Of a stretch of 55,299 bases of DNA, positions 28,739 to 37,067 are shown one piece after another. The position numbers and the translations under genes are program-made. Positions within the stretch are counted from its first letter, which is position 1, and every line of letters starts with the position of its first letter. This DNA is from Dehalococcoidales bacterium (GTDB taxonomy: Bacteria > Chloroflexota > Dehalococcoidia > Dehalococcoidales > BS750m-G39). The stretch spans positions 1 through 55,299 of the forward strand of contig JAGMCH010000046.1 of the NCBI GenBank assembly GCA_023129255.1, read 5' to 3'. The notes below the pieces were generated by a model that saw nothing but the letters and a program-made list of their open reading frames with translations, did not search any database and had not been told where the DNA came from.

Positions 28739-28772
28739 ATTGCAAGCTTTTGCAATTACAACTATTTGCGAC
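28739..28772. promoter_or_regulatory. Tandem operator upstream of the Nur-like gene (autoregulation)
   Basis: ATTGCAA-GCTT-TTGCAAT (28739-28756) plus degenerate ATTACAA-CTAT-TTGCGAC; over the -35 region of a TGgTATAAT promoter on the - strand (28717-28725). Confidence 0.72.
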
Positions 28773-28779
28773 AACAGCC

Positions 28780-29229
28780 CTAGACCTTACCTTTGCTGTC
28801 CAGCATTATGGTTACCGGACCATCGTTATGGATTTCAACCTGCATATACTGCTGAAAGCGGCCGGTTTCCACCTTTAGTCCGCTGGCTCTAACCTCGTCA
28901 ACAAACTGCTGGAATAGCTCCTCAGCCTCAGCCGGCGGCGCGGCATCGGTAAAACTGGGGCGGCGTCCCTTCCTGGTATCAGCCAGCAGGGTGAACTGGC
29001 TCACCAGCAGCAGCTCACCCCCAATATCCAGCGCCGAGAGGTTAAACCTCTCCTCCTGGTCAGAAAAAATGCGCAGATTGACAATCTTTTGTGCCAGATA
29101 GCGGGCATCTTTCTCGGTATCGCCACTGGCGACGCCGATAAAAGCCACCAACCCCCGGCCTATGCTGCCCACCACCTCTCCAGCCACACTCACCGAGGCG
29201 CCGGTGACCCGCTGCAAGAGCACTTTCAC
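28780..29229 (-). CDS. dtd: D-aminoacyl-tRNA deacylase
   Basis: LQRV..ASV, LRIF, VSQFTL, GRRPSF, NDGPVT. Confidence 0.97.
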   Translation of the reverse strand: MKVLLQRVTGASVSVAGEVVGSIGRGLVAFIGVASGDTEKDARYLAQKIVNLRIFSDQEERFNLSALDIGGELLLVSQFTLLADTRKGRRPSFTDAAPPAEAEELFQQFVDEVRASGLKVETGRFQQYMQVEIHNDGPVTIMLDSKGKV

Positions 29230-29465
29230 TTCTTCCCCTTCTTGCCGCCGGGTAATTCTTTTTTACCCTCCCCCGGCTCAGGCACACCTTTACGGCTATC
29301 GGTAGTATAGAAACCGCTCCCCTTAAAAATAACAGGATTAGAGTGAAAAACGCGCTTAGCCTTTCCCCGGCACTTGGGGCATACAGCCACCGGCTTGGCA
29401 TCAAACCTCTGCTTCCTTTCAAAACGGAAATGACATGAACCGCACTCATACTCATAAGTAGGCAT
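29226..29465 (-). CDS. FmdB-family zinc-ribbon protein
   Basis: MPTYEYECGSC...CPKC...FKGSGFYTTD. Confidence 0.92.
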   Translation of the reverse strand: MPTYEYECGSCHFRFERKQRFDAKPVAVCPKCRGKAKRVFHSNPVIFKGSGFYTTDSRKGVPEPGEGKKELPGGKKGKK

Positions 29466-29533
29466 TATCTAACCTCACAAGTTTTTTCCTGAATATTTTA
29501 CCGTAACTGCTCGGCTAAGGCAAAAAACAGCCT

Positions 29534-30862
29534 TCACCTTATTAAGGAAAGCCTGGTTGCCTGCTCCATTGCCTCGGCTACCACAAACAGCGAACCAGCG
29601 ATGCAGATAAGGTCTTTGCCCCCGGCTAGAGCCAGAGCCCGGGATAGCGCCGAGGGGACGTCCTCCACCGCCTGGGCTTTTACTCCGTGGCGGGCAAATT
29701 CAGCCGCCAGAGGCGCCGTCGCCATAGCCCGAGGATGGCGAGAGCGAGTGACAATTACCTTATCAAAAAGGGGAACCAGCTCTGAGACTATGCTGGCTAT
29801 ATCCTTATCCAACGATGCCCCGATAACTAAGATAGCCTGGTTAAAGTCAAAGTATTGCTCAATAGACTGCGCTAGCTGCCGAGCGGCGCCAACATTATGG
29901 GCACCATCAACCACCACCAGCGGGCGACGGCTGAGAATCTGGAGCCTGCCCGGCCAGCTCACCCGCTTCAAGCCCTTAGAAATGCCTTCCCGGGAAATAT
30001 TTAAACCCTTATCAGCTAAAGCTTCCAAAGCAGCCACCGCCGTAGCGGCATTATCCAGCTGGTGCTGACCCAGAAGAGGAACGGAAAGCTCATAAATATC
30101 TCTTCTGCCCTGCACCCGAAGCCGCTGCCGAGATAAGTCAAATCCCAGCCCCTGCCAGGTAACGTCGCTGCCCACCATTATCAACTGTGCCCCATAATTC
30201 CGACAGGTCTCCCTGATTACCTCAGCCGCCTCATCGGGCTGGGGGGAACTAACCACCGTGCTTGCCGGCTTGATAATACCGCACTTCTCGGCAGCAATCT
30301 CAGCCAGAGAATTGCCCAACACATCCATATGGTCAAAGCTGACCGAGGTGATAATGCAGACCACGGGCTTAATCACACTGGTGGCATCAAACTTCCCTCC
30401 CATCCCCACCTCCAGTACCTGAAACTCCACCTCCTTTTGCCCGAAGTAGGCAAAAGCCAGTGCCGTCAGGAACTCAAAGGTAGTCAGCTCACCATAGGTG
30501 GCTTTCCGATTCACTGCCTCAACCTGAGGCTTAAGCCTTGCCACCAGCCGGGCTAACTCTTCCTCAGAGATTAACTCCCCATCAACCCTGATACGCTCTC
30601 TCCAGGTATGTAGATGAGGTGAGGTGTAAAGCCCGGTGGTATAACCTGAGGTGGTGAGGGCTGAAGCCACCATAGCCGCCACACTTCCCTTGCCATTGGT
30701 GCCAGTGATATGGATAGAGCTGGCTTTGCGGTGAGGGTCCCCCAGATAAGCCAGTAGTTCATCCACACGCCTGAGGTCATAGAATGCCGGGTCATGCGGC
30801 ATGCCTACTTTTTCGTAGTCGGTATAGCTATTGATATAATCTATGGCTTCCTGGTATTTCAC
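29534..30862 (-). CDS. folC: Folylpolyglutamate synthase / dihydrofolate synthase
   Basis: HITGTNGKGS, YTSPHL, EVGMGG..DAT, WPGR, DGAHN. Confidence 0.96.
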   Translation of the reverse strand: MKYQEAIDYINSYTDYEKVGMPHDPAFYDLRRVDELLAYLGDPHRKASSIHITGTNGKGSVAAMVASALTTSGYTTGLYTSPHLHTWRERIRVDGELISEEELARLVARLKPQVEAVNRKATYGELTTFEFLTALAFAYFGQKEVEFQVLEVGMGGKFDATSVIKPVVCIITSVSFDHMDVLGNSLAEIAAEKCGIIKPASTVVSSPQPDEAAEVIRETCRNYGAQLIMVGSDVTWQGLGFDLSRQRLRVQGRRDIYELSVPLLGQHQLDNAATAVAALEALADKGLNISREGISKGLKRVSWPGRLQILSRRPLVVVDGAHNVGAARQLAQSIEQYFDFNQAILVIGASLDKDIASIVSELVPLFDKVIVTRSRHPRAMATAPLAAEFARHGVKAQAVEDVPSALSRALALAGGKDLICIAGSLFVVAEAMEQATRLSLIR

Positions 30863-30960
30863 ACTCGGCTAATTATATCATTGCCGCTAGCTGTCAACAA
30901 TCTAAGACACTTGACCTAGCCCACAGGGGCTGATATTATCAACCTATCTGGGGGTGCGAG

Positions 30961-31785
30961 GTGAATTTCAACGAAAAGCTGATAAATGCAATGAAAAGGA
31001 ATGAGAGCCTACTCTGCATCGGGCTTGACCCTGACCCGGAGCTGATGCCGAGCGGGATGGGGGTTTTAAAATTCAATAAGGCAATTATTGATGCTACCTC
31101 TGACCTAGTATGCGCCTACAAACTCAACCTCGCCTTTTATGAGGCCCTTGATGATGGGATTGACGACCTGAAGCGCACTATTAAGTACATACCGGATAAT
31201 ATTCCAGCAATTGCCGATGCTAAACGGGGTGATATCGGCAACACCGCCAGAGCCTATGCCAAGGCTATTTTCACCAACCTCGGCTTTGATGCCACTACCG
31301 TGAACCCCTACCTCGGCTTCGATTCAATAGAGCCTTTTATTGAGCAGTGGGATAAGGGAATATTTATCCTGTGCCGGACATCAAACCCCGGTGCCGCTGA
31401 TTTCCAGAGCCTGCCCTTTGTCTTAAAGCGCAAGCAACTCCCCCTATTTGAGATAGTAGCCCTCAGAGCCGCTCAGTGGAATAAACAAAGCAATAACATT
31501 GGGCTGGTGATGGGAGCCACCTATCCTGAGGAACTAAAACTGATAAGGCAAAATCACCCCAATATGCTACTCTTGATACCCGGCATTGGTGCTCAGGGAG
31601 GAGACCTGGCTTCAGCAGTTCGCTATGGGGCCAATGCTCGGGGGCAGAAGGCGATTTTCTCCTCGTCAAGGCAAATCATATACGCCTCAAGGGGAAGGGA
31701 CTTCGCCGAGGCAGCGCGGCAGGTTGCCTCATCACTAAGAGATGAGATTAACTATCATCGCTCTACCCTAACCTCAGCTCGTTGA
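30961..31785 (+). CDS. pyrF: Orotidine-5'-phosphate decarboxylase
   Basis: [41 protein letters not shown]; TTGACC-N17-TATTAT promoter at 30911. Confidence 0.96.
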   Translation: MNFNEKLINAMKRNESLLCIGLDPDPELMPSGMGVLKFNKAIIDATSDLVCAYKLNLAFYEALDDGIDDLKRTIKYIPDNIPAIADAKRGDIGNTARAYAKAIFTNLGFDATTVNPYLGFDSIEPFIEQWDKGIFILCRTSNPGAADFQSLPFVLKRKQLPLFEIVALRAAQWNKQSNNIGLVMGATYPEELKLIRQNHPNMLLLIPGIGAQGGDLASAVRYGANARGQKAIFSSSRQIIYASRGRDFAEAARQVASSLRDEINYHRSTLTSAR

Positions 31786-31795
31786 GACAAAAAGC

Positions 31796-31987
31796 ATGGT
31801 TATGGAGATAAAGCTGGGCGATGTGGTTCGCCTCAAGAAGAAGCACCCCTGTGGCAGCTATGAGTGGCAGGTGGTCAGGCTGGGGGCTGATATCGGCATT
31901 AAATGCCTCAAGTGCCAGCGCCGCGTGCTCCTGGAGCGGGCGGTCTTCGAGCGCCGGGTCAAAACCTTTATCTCCAGAGGTCAGTAA
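31796..31987 (+). CDS. DUF951 family protein
   Basis: [16 protein letters not shown]...R.GADI.IKC.KC. Confidence 0.92.
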   Translation: MVMEIKLGDVVRLKKKHPCGSYEWQVVRLGADIGIKCLKCQRRVLLERAVFERRVKTFISRGQ

Positions 31988-33207
31988 TGGCTCGCCGCAT
32001 TATGCATATTGACCTTGATGCCTTCTTTGTCTCGGTAGAGCAGGTAGAAAATCCCCAGCTTAAAGGTAAACCGGTGGTAGTTGGCGGCAGACCCCAGGGG
32101 CGGGGGGTGGTTGCCTCCGCCTCATATGAAGCCCGGACTTTTGGACTGCGTGCTGGTATGCCCCTGACCACCGCCAGCCGCCTTTGCCCCCAGGCTATTT
32201 TTATACAGGGCAGCTTCCCCAAGTACCGTGACGCCTCACAAAGGTTTATGGCTATCCTGGCTGACTTCTCCCCCTATCTTGAGCCAATGGGTCTTGACGA
32301 GGCATATCTGGATGCCACTGGCTTTGAATCCATCCATGGCTCCACCCATCAAATGGCAGCGAAGATAAAGCAGCGGATTAAGGATGAACTGGGGCTTACT
32401 GCCTCGGTGGGCATCGCCGGCGGCAAGATAGTAGCCAAGGTTGCCTCCGAGCTATCCAAGCCCGATGGACTGCTGGAGGTGGCAGCCGGCGAGGAGCGTT
32501 CTTTCCTGGCGCCGTTACCTGTAGCCAGACTGCCGGGAATAGGCAAAAAAACAGAACAGAAATTAAACAGCTTAAGTATTAATACTATAGGCAAACTATC
32601 TACCATGTCGTTGAGTGCCCTTAAAAGCCATTTTGGTGCGTCTGGTGAGGTTCTGCACCGATTTGCCAATGGCATTGATGATAGGGAGGTGAAGCCCCCC
32701 GCCGCCGCCAAGTCCACCAGCCGGGAGACTACCTTCGGCAAGGACACCAGAGACCGCTCCCTGCTAAAATCAACCCTCCGCTACCTCGGGGAGCGGGTTG
32801 GCGCCGACCTGCGCCAGAGGGGCAAGCGGGCGAGATGCATAACCCTAAAGCTGAGATATGCCGATTTCACCACCATCACCCGCCGCCACACCCTGGCTCA
32901 GACCACCGATAGCGACCAGACCATCTTTGACACCGGACTAGGACTGCTAAACAAGGCGCTATCTGAAGAAAGACAAGCGGTGCGCCTTATTGGCATTGGG
33001 GTATCAGAGCTGGTTGAGGCGGGCAAACAGCTGGATATGCTGGATACCTCCGCCCGGAGACAGGAGCAGCTAAATAAAGCTATAGACCGCATCCGCAAAA
33101 AATACGGCTTTACCGCCATCCAGACGGGAAGGACACTGAAGTTAAAAGACATTTTCCCCGAGGACGGGGAAGGCTATACCCTCCAGACGCCGAGTTTGTC
33201 GAGATAG
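31987..33207 (+). CDS. dinB: DNA polymerase IV
   Basis: HIDLDAFFVSVE, SASYEAR, GLDEAYLD, KPDG; start ATG 31987 overlaps the DUF951 stop. Confidence 0.95.
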   Translation: MARRIMHIDLDAFFVSVEQVENPQLKGKPVVVGGRPQGRGVVASASYEARTFGLRAGMPLTTASRLCPQAIFIQGSFPKYRDASQRFMAILADFSPYLEPMGLDEAYLDATGFESIHGSTHQMAAKIKQRIKDELGLTASVGIAGGKIVAKVASELSKPDGLLEVAAGEERSFLAPLPVARLPGIGKKTEQKLNSLSINTIGKLSTMSLSALKSHFGASGEVLHRFANGIDDREVKPPAAAKSTSRETTFGKDTRDRSLLKSTLRYLGERVGADLRQRGKRARCITLKLRYADFTTITRRHTLAQTTDSDQTIFDTGLGLLNKALSEERQAVRLIGIGVSELVEAGKQLDMLDTSARRQEQLNKAIDRIRKKYGFTAIQTGRTLKLKDIFPEDGEGYTLQTPSLSR

Positions 33208-33235
33208 GGGGTAAACTAGTCGACTTTACCCCCTA
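33205..33235. terminator. Hairpin between convergent genes, containing both stop codons
   Basis: TAGGGGGTAAA-N9-TTTACCCCCTA perfect 11-bp inverted repeat. Confidence 0.6.
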
Positions 33236-33625
33236 CCCCTCATCCAGCAGCCGCTTTTCACCCTTTATCTTCTGCAGGTCGGTTATGTCCTGGGTAACCT
33301 CCAGCGTGCCGATATAGTTACCAGCCTTGCCCCTGACCGGGAAATACCTGATATATATCCGGCGCCCCTTAAGTTCAATCCAGAATTCGGCGACCTTCCT
33401 CTTGCCCGACTTTAAGTCGCTTACGACCTCGTTTACCTTATGAATGCTTTGCTGCGGATGGCACTGCTGCACCTTCCTGCCGATGACCGCCGGAGTGCGC
33501 CGGAATATCCGGTCATCATGCCGGCTGTAATACCTGACGGTATCAGTCCCGTCAACGAAGGTTATATCTACCGGCAGTGCGTCAAAGATAGCCTCAAGTG
33601 TCTCAGTTGACAGTGTTTCCAGCAT
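33233..33625 (-). CDS. Standalone PAS-domain protein (DUF438-associated PAS type)
   Basis: LPVDITFVD..D.VRYYS...IF.RTP.VIGR.VQ.CHP..S. Confidence 0.88.
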   Translation of the reverse strand: MLETLSTETLEAIFDALPVDITFVDGTDTVRYYSRHDDRIFRRTPAVIGRKVQQCHPQQSIHKVNEVVSDLKSGKRKVAEFWIELKGRRIYIRYFPVRGKAGNYIGTLEVTQDITDLQKIKGEKRLLDEG

Positions 33626-33734
33626 AGCTCACCCCCAATCCTTATTACCTAATATATACCACTTAGTCCGACTTGAGTCTAGCCTTTTCATAAAGCTATA
33701 CTGTGGTATAATATATCAAGTTGTTCTGAGGTAG

Positions 33735-34925
33735 GTGGTCGCTATGTGGGAATGGTTCATGGCTAACGGAATATGGATATTAATTGCCGTGGTGGCCGGG
33801 GTCATTCTGTTCTTTCTGCTCAAGCACTGGGCTCCCCGGGCGATAGAAAAGTTAGTACCCCTGCAATGGCGGGACCAACTGAGAGGCATCCAGAAGGTGG
33901 TAAGCTGGGTAATTATCGGTATCGGCGGGGTGATACTGGCTCTTGCCGTAGCTGCGGTTATCATCTCCCACTACGGCATGGATATCTCTCCGGCTCTGGA
34001 ACCGGTACGCGGCTGGCTACTGGAGCACGGCATTCTTATTTTAGTCATTATTGTACTATCCTATCTGGTTTATAAGATAGCCAAGGTACTAACCCCCAGA
34101 ATAGTTGGCAGGTATGTTAAAACAAGAGGCAAAGGGCGTCGTGCCCGGTCGGAGCATGCCAAGAGGGCAGAGACATTAAGTGGCGGCATCACCCAAATTA
34201 TCGCCATATTTATAATTGTAATTGCCCTTTTTATGATTCTTTCCGAGATAGGGATGGATATTACCCCCCTCCTAGCCAGCGCCGGAGTCGCCGGCATTGC
34301 CCTAGCCTTTGCCGCCCAGAACGCAATAAAAGACCTGATTGCTGGCTTCCTCATCATCTCCGAGAATCAGTTTGATGTCGGCGATGTCGTCCAAATCGCC
34401 GACAAAACCGGCATCGTGGAAGGGATTAATATCAGGCGGACTCTACTCCGAGACCTGGATGGTATTCTCCACATTGTCCCCAACGGTGAAATCAAGGTGG
34501 CCAGTAACTATACCATGATGTGGTCCCGGGTACACCTCAATATCAGTGTCGCCTACAAAGAAGACCTTGACCGGGTAATGGCCGTAATCAGAAGAGTATG
34601 GGAGGAAATGGCTTCAGAGCCAGATTGGGAACCTCATCTAATCTCAAAAACACCCTGGCTACTGCGGGTAAATGAGTTTGGGGACTCAGGAATTGTCATC
34701 AAGGTGGTGGGCGAAACCAAGCCCATGAGCCAATGGAATGTCATGGGGGAGCTGAGGAGAAGAATCAAGCGGGTCTTTGATGAGGAAGGGATAGAAATCC
34801 CCTGGCCCCACGTCAAGCTTTATATGGGTGAAAGTCCAGCAGAGACAGGGTTAACCTGTAAGGCTTGCTCTGGGGTCAACCCCCCGGGGAGTAAATTCTG
34901 CTCCCATTGCGGTGCCAAGCTTTAG
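33735..34925 (+). CDS. Small-conductance mechanosensitive channel with C-terminal zinc ribbon
   Basis: AGIALAFAAQN.IKD..AG, QFDVGDVV, IVPNGEI, GIEIPWP; tail CKAC...FCSHC. Confidence 0.9.
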   Translation: MVAMWEWFMANGIWILIAVVAGVILFFLLKHWAPRAIEKLVPLQWRDQLRGIQKVVSWVIIGIGGVILALAVAAVIISHYGMDISPALEPVRGWLLEHGILILVIIVLSYLVYKIAKVLTPRIVGRYVKTRGKGRRARSEHAKRAETLSGGITQIIAIFIIVIALFMILSEIGMDITPLLASAGVAGIALAFAAQNAIKDLIAGFLIISENQFDVGDVVQIADKTGIVEGINIRRTLLRDLDGILHIVPNGEIKVASNYTMMWSRVHLNISVAYKEDLDRVMAVIRRVWEEMASEPDWEPHLISKTPWLLRVNEFGDSGIVIKVVGETKPMSQWNVMGELRRRIKRVFDEEGIEIPWPHVKLYMGESPAETGLTCKACSGVNPPGSKFCSHCGAKL

Positions 34926-34935
34926 CCCGTCAAAG

Positions 34936-35002
34936 CAGAGAGAGGGACTGGAGGCGCTGCCACCAAATACGGCTGTGGGGCGGGATTGGGTGGGAAGAAA
35001 GA
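34936..35002 (+). repeat. Intergenic G4 module
   Basis: GGGGCGGGATTGGGTGGG-AAGAAAGA at 34977-35002. Confidence 0.72.
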
Positions 35003-35107
35003 GGTTGCTTCCAAGTTAGTCTCCTTGTCTTATTTCCAAGTGATGAGTTATAAAGAGGTTGCTTCCAAGTTAGTCTCCTTGTCTTATTTCCAAGTGATGA
35101 GTTATAA
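34998..35107 (+). repeat. Exact 54-bp tandem duplication spanning the ilvE promoter
   Basis: AAAGAGGTTGCTTCCAAGTTAGTCTCCTTGTCTTATTTCCAAGTGATGAGTTAT at 34998-35051 and 35052-35105; TTGTCT-N18-TATAAT in copy 2. Confidence 0.95.
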
Positions 35108-35136
35108 TGAACGCTATCTAACAAGGAGAGGATTGA

Positions 35137-36084
35137 ATGCCATCTTATGCCTATTTTCATAAGCAATTTGTCCCCCTATCCCAAGCCAAGATAGGGGTTA
35201 TGACCCAGGCTCTTCACTACGGCACTGCCGTCTTTGAGGGCATCAGGGGCAACTGGAACAGCCAGCAAAAGCAGATTTACCTCTTCCGTCTCAGGGAGCA
35301 TTATGAGCGGATGCATGACGGCTGCCAAGTGTTAAATATTGACCTGCCTTATACCATAGATGAGCTATGCCAGATAACCGGCGAGCTGGTGGAAAGGTGC
35401 CGCTTTCAAGAAGATGTATATGTCCGCCCCCTGGCTTACAAGAGTTCTGAATCCTTGGGCGTCCGCCTCCATGACCTGGATTGTGATTTCTTAGCCTTTG
35501 TTATTCCCTGGGGACCCTACCTGGATATGGACAAAGCCAAGTGCGGCATCTCTTCCTGGCGGCGGCCTGATTATAACGTAATCCCGCCCAACGCCAAGGT
35601 TACCGGGCTCTATGTCAATAACGCCTTTGCCAAATCAGAGGCCATCGGGAAGGGCTTTGACGAAGCCATCATGCTCACCCCAGACGGTCATGTCTCGGAA
35701 GGCAGTGGCGAGAATATCTTCCTGGTTCTGGACGGTAAACTGGTCACCCCGGCCAGCGACAATCATATCCTGATGGGGATTACCCGCGATACGGTGATAA
35801 AACTGGCGCAACAGGAGCTGGGCGTCGAGACCACAGAGAGAAAGGTTGACCCCAGCGAGCTTTTTGCCGCCAGCGAGTGCTTCCTCACCGGCACCGCCGC
35901 CCACATAACCCCCATAGGGGAAATAGACCACCGCCAGATAGCTAGCGGCGAAATTGGTCAAATAACCAAGAAGCTACAACAGCTCTATTCTGAGGTAATA
36001 CGAGGCGATAACCCAAAATACCTTGATTGGTGCACCCCGGTCTATAAGCACCCTGAAAACTCCTGGATTTTTCAGGGTGCTTAA
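35137..36084 (+). CDS. ilvE: Branched-chain amino acid aminotransferase
   Basis: LHYGTAVFEGIR, AKVTGLY, SEGSGENIF, ILMGITR, FLTGTAA. Confidence 0.95.
   Translation: MPSYAYFHKQFVPLSQAKIGVMTQALHYGTAVFEGIRGNWNSQQKQIYLFRLREHYERMHDGCQVLNIDLPYTIDELCQITGELVERCRFQEDVYVRPLAYKSSESLGVRLHDLDCDFLAFVIPWGPYLDMDKAKCGISSWRRPDYNVIPPNAKVTGLYVNNAFAKSEAIGKGFDEAIMLTPDGHVSEGSGENIFLVLDGKLVTPASDNHILMGITRDTVIKLAQQELGVETTERKVDPSELFAASECFLTGTAAHITPIGEIDHRQIASGEIGQITKKLQQLYSEVIRGDNPKYLDWCTPVYKHPENSWIFQGA
36045..36083. repeat. Palindromic module D overlapping the ilvE 3' end
   Basis: TAAGCACCCTGAAAA-N9-TTTTCAGGGTGCTTA perfect 15-bp arms. Confidence 0.75.
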
Positions 36085-36092
36085 AAGATAAG

Positions 36093-36662
36093 CTATTTTT
36101 TAGGCACACCTACCTGCAACGACTTGAGTAAGCAGATTACCTGGCAGCTTTCCTCCAGAGTGGTGGTGCAATTATGGGCTTCCTCAAGAAGTTGACCAAT
36201 GGCAAAGGTGCCATGACCATGAACCATGACAATCCGGTGCTTTTTTAATGCCTGGGCAATTATATCAGCCAGACCCCCGGATTCCACCTTCATATGCCAG
36301 CCCAGGACAGGTACCCTCCCCACTATAGTCTGACCTTCAGTATCAGTGGGCACAATCTCGGTTTCAGTCAGTGACAGGGCAACAGCATGAGGTGGGTGGG
36401 CATGAACAACGGCTAATGCCGGGGTCTCCCGATAAATAGCACGGTGGACAGCTAATTCTATTGACGCCAGCGGCGTATTGCGGTCATTTTTGTTTATCCC
36501 GGTCTCTATCAGGTCATGCTCCTCTAGACAGCCCAGCCGGCTAGTGCGGCGGGTAATGATGATACGCCCTCCCAGCCTGATACTCAGATTCCCGCTATGG
36601 GAGGAGACCAGCCCCTTGGTAAACAGGTCATGACCCACCGTCTGAAACTGAGATAAAATCAT
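36093..36662 (-). CDS. Class II aldolase/adducin-family protein
   Basis: SGNLSIR, ASIELAVHRAIY, VHAHPPHA, HGHG; start set at ATG 36662. Confidence 0.9.
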   Translation of the reverse strand: MILSQFQTVGHDLFTKGLVSSHSGNLSIRLGGRIIITRRTSRLGCLEEHDLIETGINKNDRNTPLASIELAVHRAIYRETPALAVVHAHPPHAVALSLTETEIVPTDTEGQTIVGRVPVLGWHMKVESGGLADIIAQALKKHRIVMVHGHGTFAIGQLLEEAHNCTTTLEESCQVICLLKSLQVGVPKK

Positions 36663-36702
36663 GGCTCCCCTTTTATGACATCCTTGCGGAGCATAAACCT
36701 CT

Positions 36703-37056
36703 TTACCCTCCTGAGTCAAGTTCTTCCGGGGAGGGTTGTTCCGCCTCCGGCTCGGCTTTAGCCGCTTTCGGCTTGGTTTTAGCCGAAGCCGAGGCCTGGG
36801 CTTCATTTAGCCTCCTCATCAATCGTGACTTGCGGCGGGCGGCATTATTGGGGTGGATAATCCCCTTTTCCGCGGCTTTATCCAGAGAACTGATGGCAAC
36901 CTCCACCGCTTGCCGAGCCGCCTCAAGCTCGCCCAAGAAAATAAGCCTCTCCGCCTTAGTTATATTGGTCTTACACAGACTACGAATAGGCTTATTTCTA
37001 AGTCTCTTTCTTGCCGTTACCCGTACCCGTTTTTGAGCCGATTTAATACCTGGCAA
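36703..37056 (-). CDS. rpsT: 30S ribosomal protein S20 (C-terminally extended)
   Basis: IKSAQKRVR...RLRNK...LDKAAEKGIIHPNNAARRKSRL; TTG start with GGAGG RBS. Confidence 0.95.
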   Translation of the reverse strand: MPGIKSAQKRVRVTARKRLRNKPIRSLCKTNITKAERLIFLGELEAARQAVEVAISSLDKAAEKGIIHPNNAARRKSRLMRRLNEAQASASAKTKPKAAKAEPEAEQPSPEELDSGG

Positions 37057-37067
37057 TCTCTACCTCC

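Noticed and set aside
30872-30897. TTGACAGCTAGC...TATAAT on the - strand resembling a synthetic constitutive promoter
   Set aside because: The match is short, the spacer is only 14 nt and the context is a native folC extended -10 promoter; coincidence
31786-31986. LexA box upstream of dinB
   Set aside because: No GAAC-N4-GTTC/GTAC-type site found by eye; dinB appears co-transcribed with pyrF-DUF951
34998-35107. Possible CRISPR array
   Set aside because: Only two abutting identical 54-bp units, no spacers and no cas genes
34930-35166. 78-aa ORF with an internal peptide repeat
   Set aside because: Simply the in-frame translation of the 54-bp promoter duplication and the G4 module
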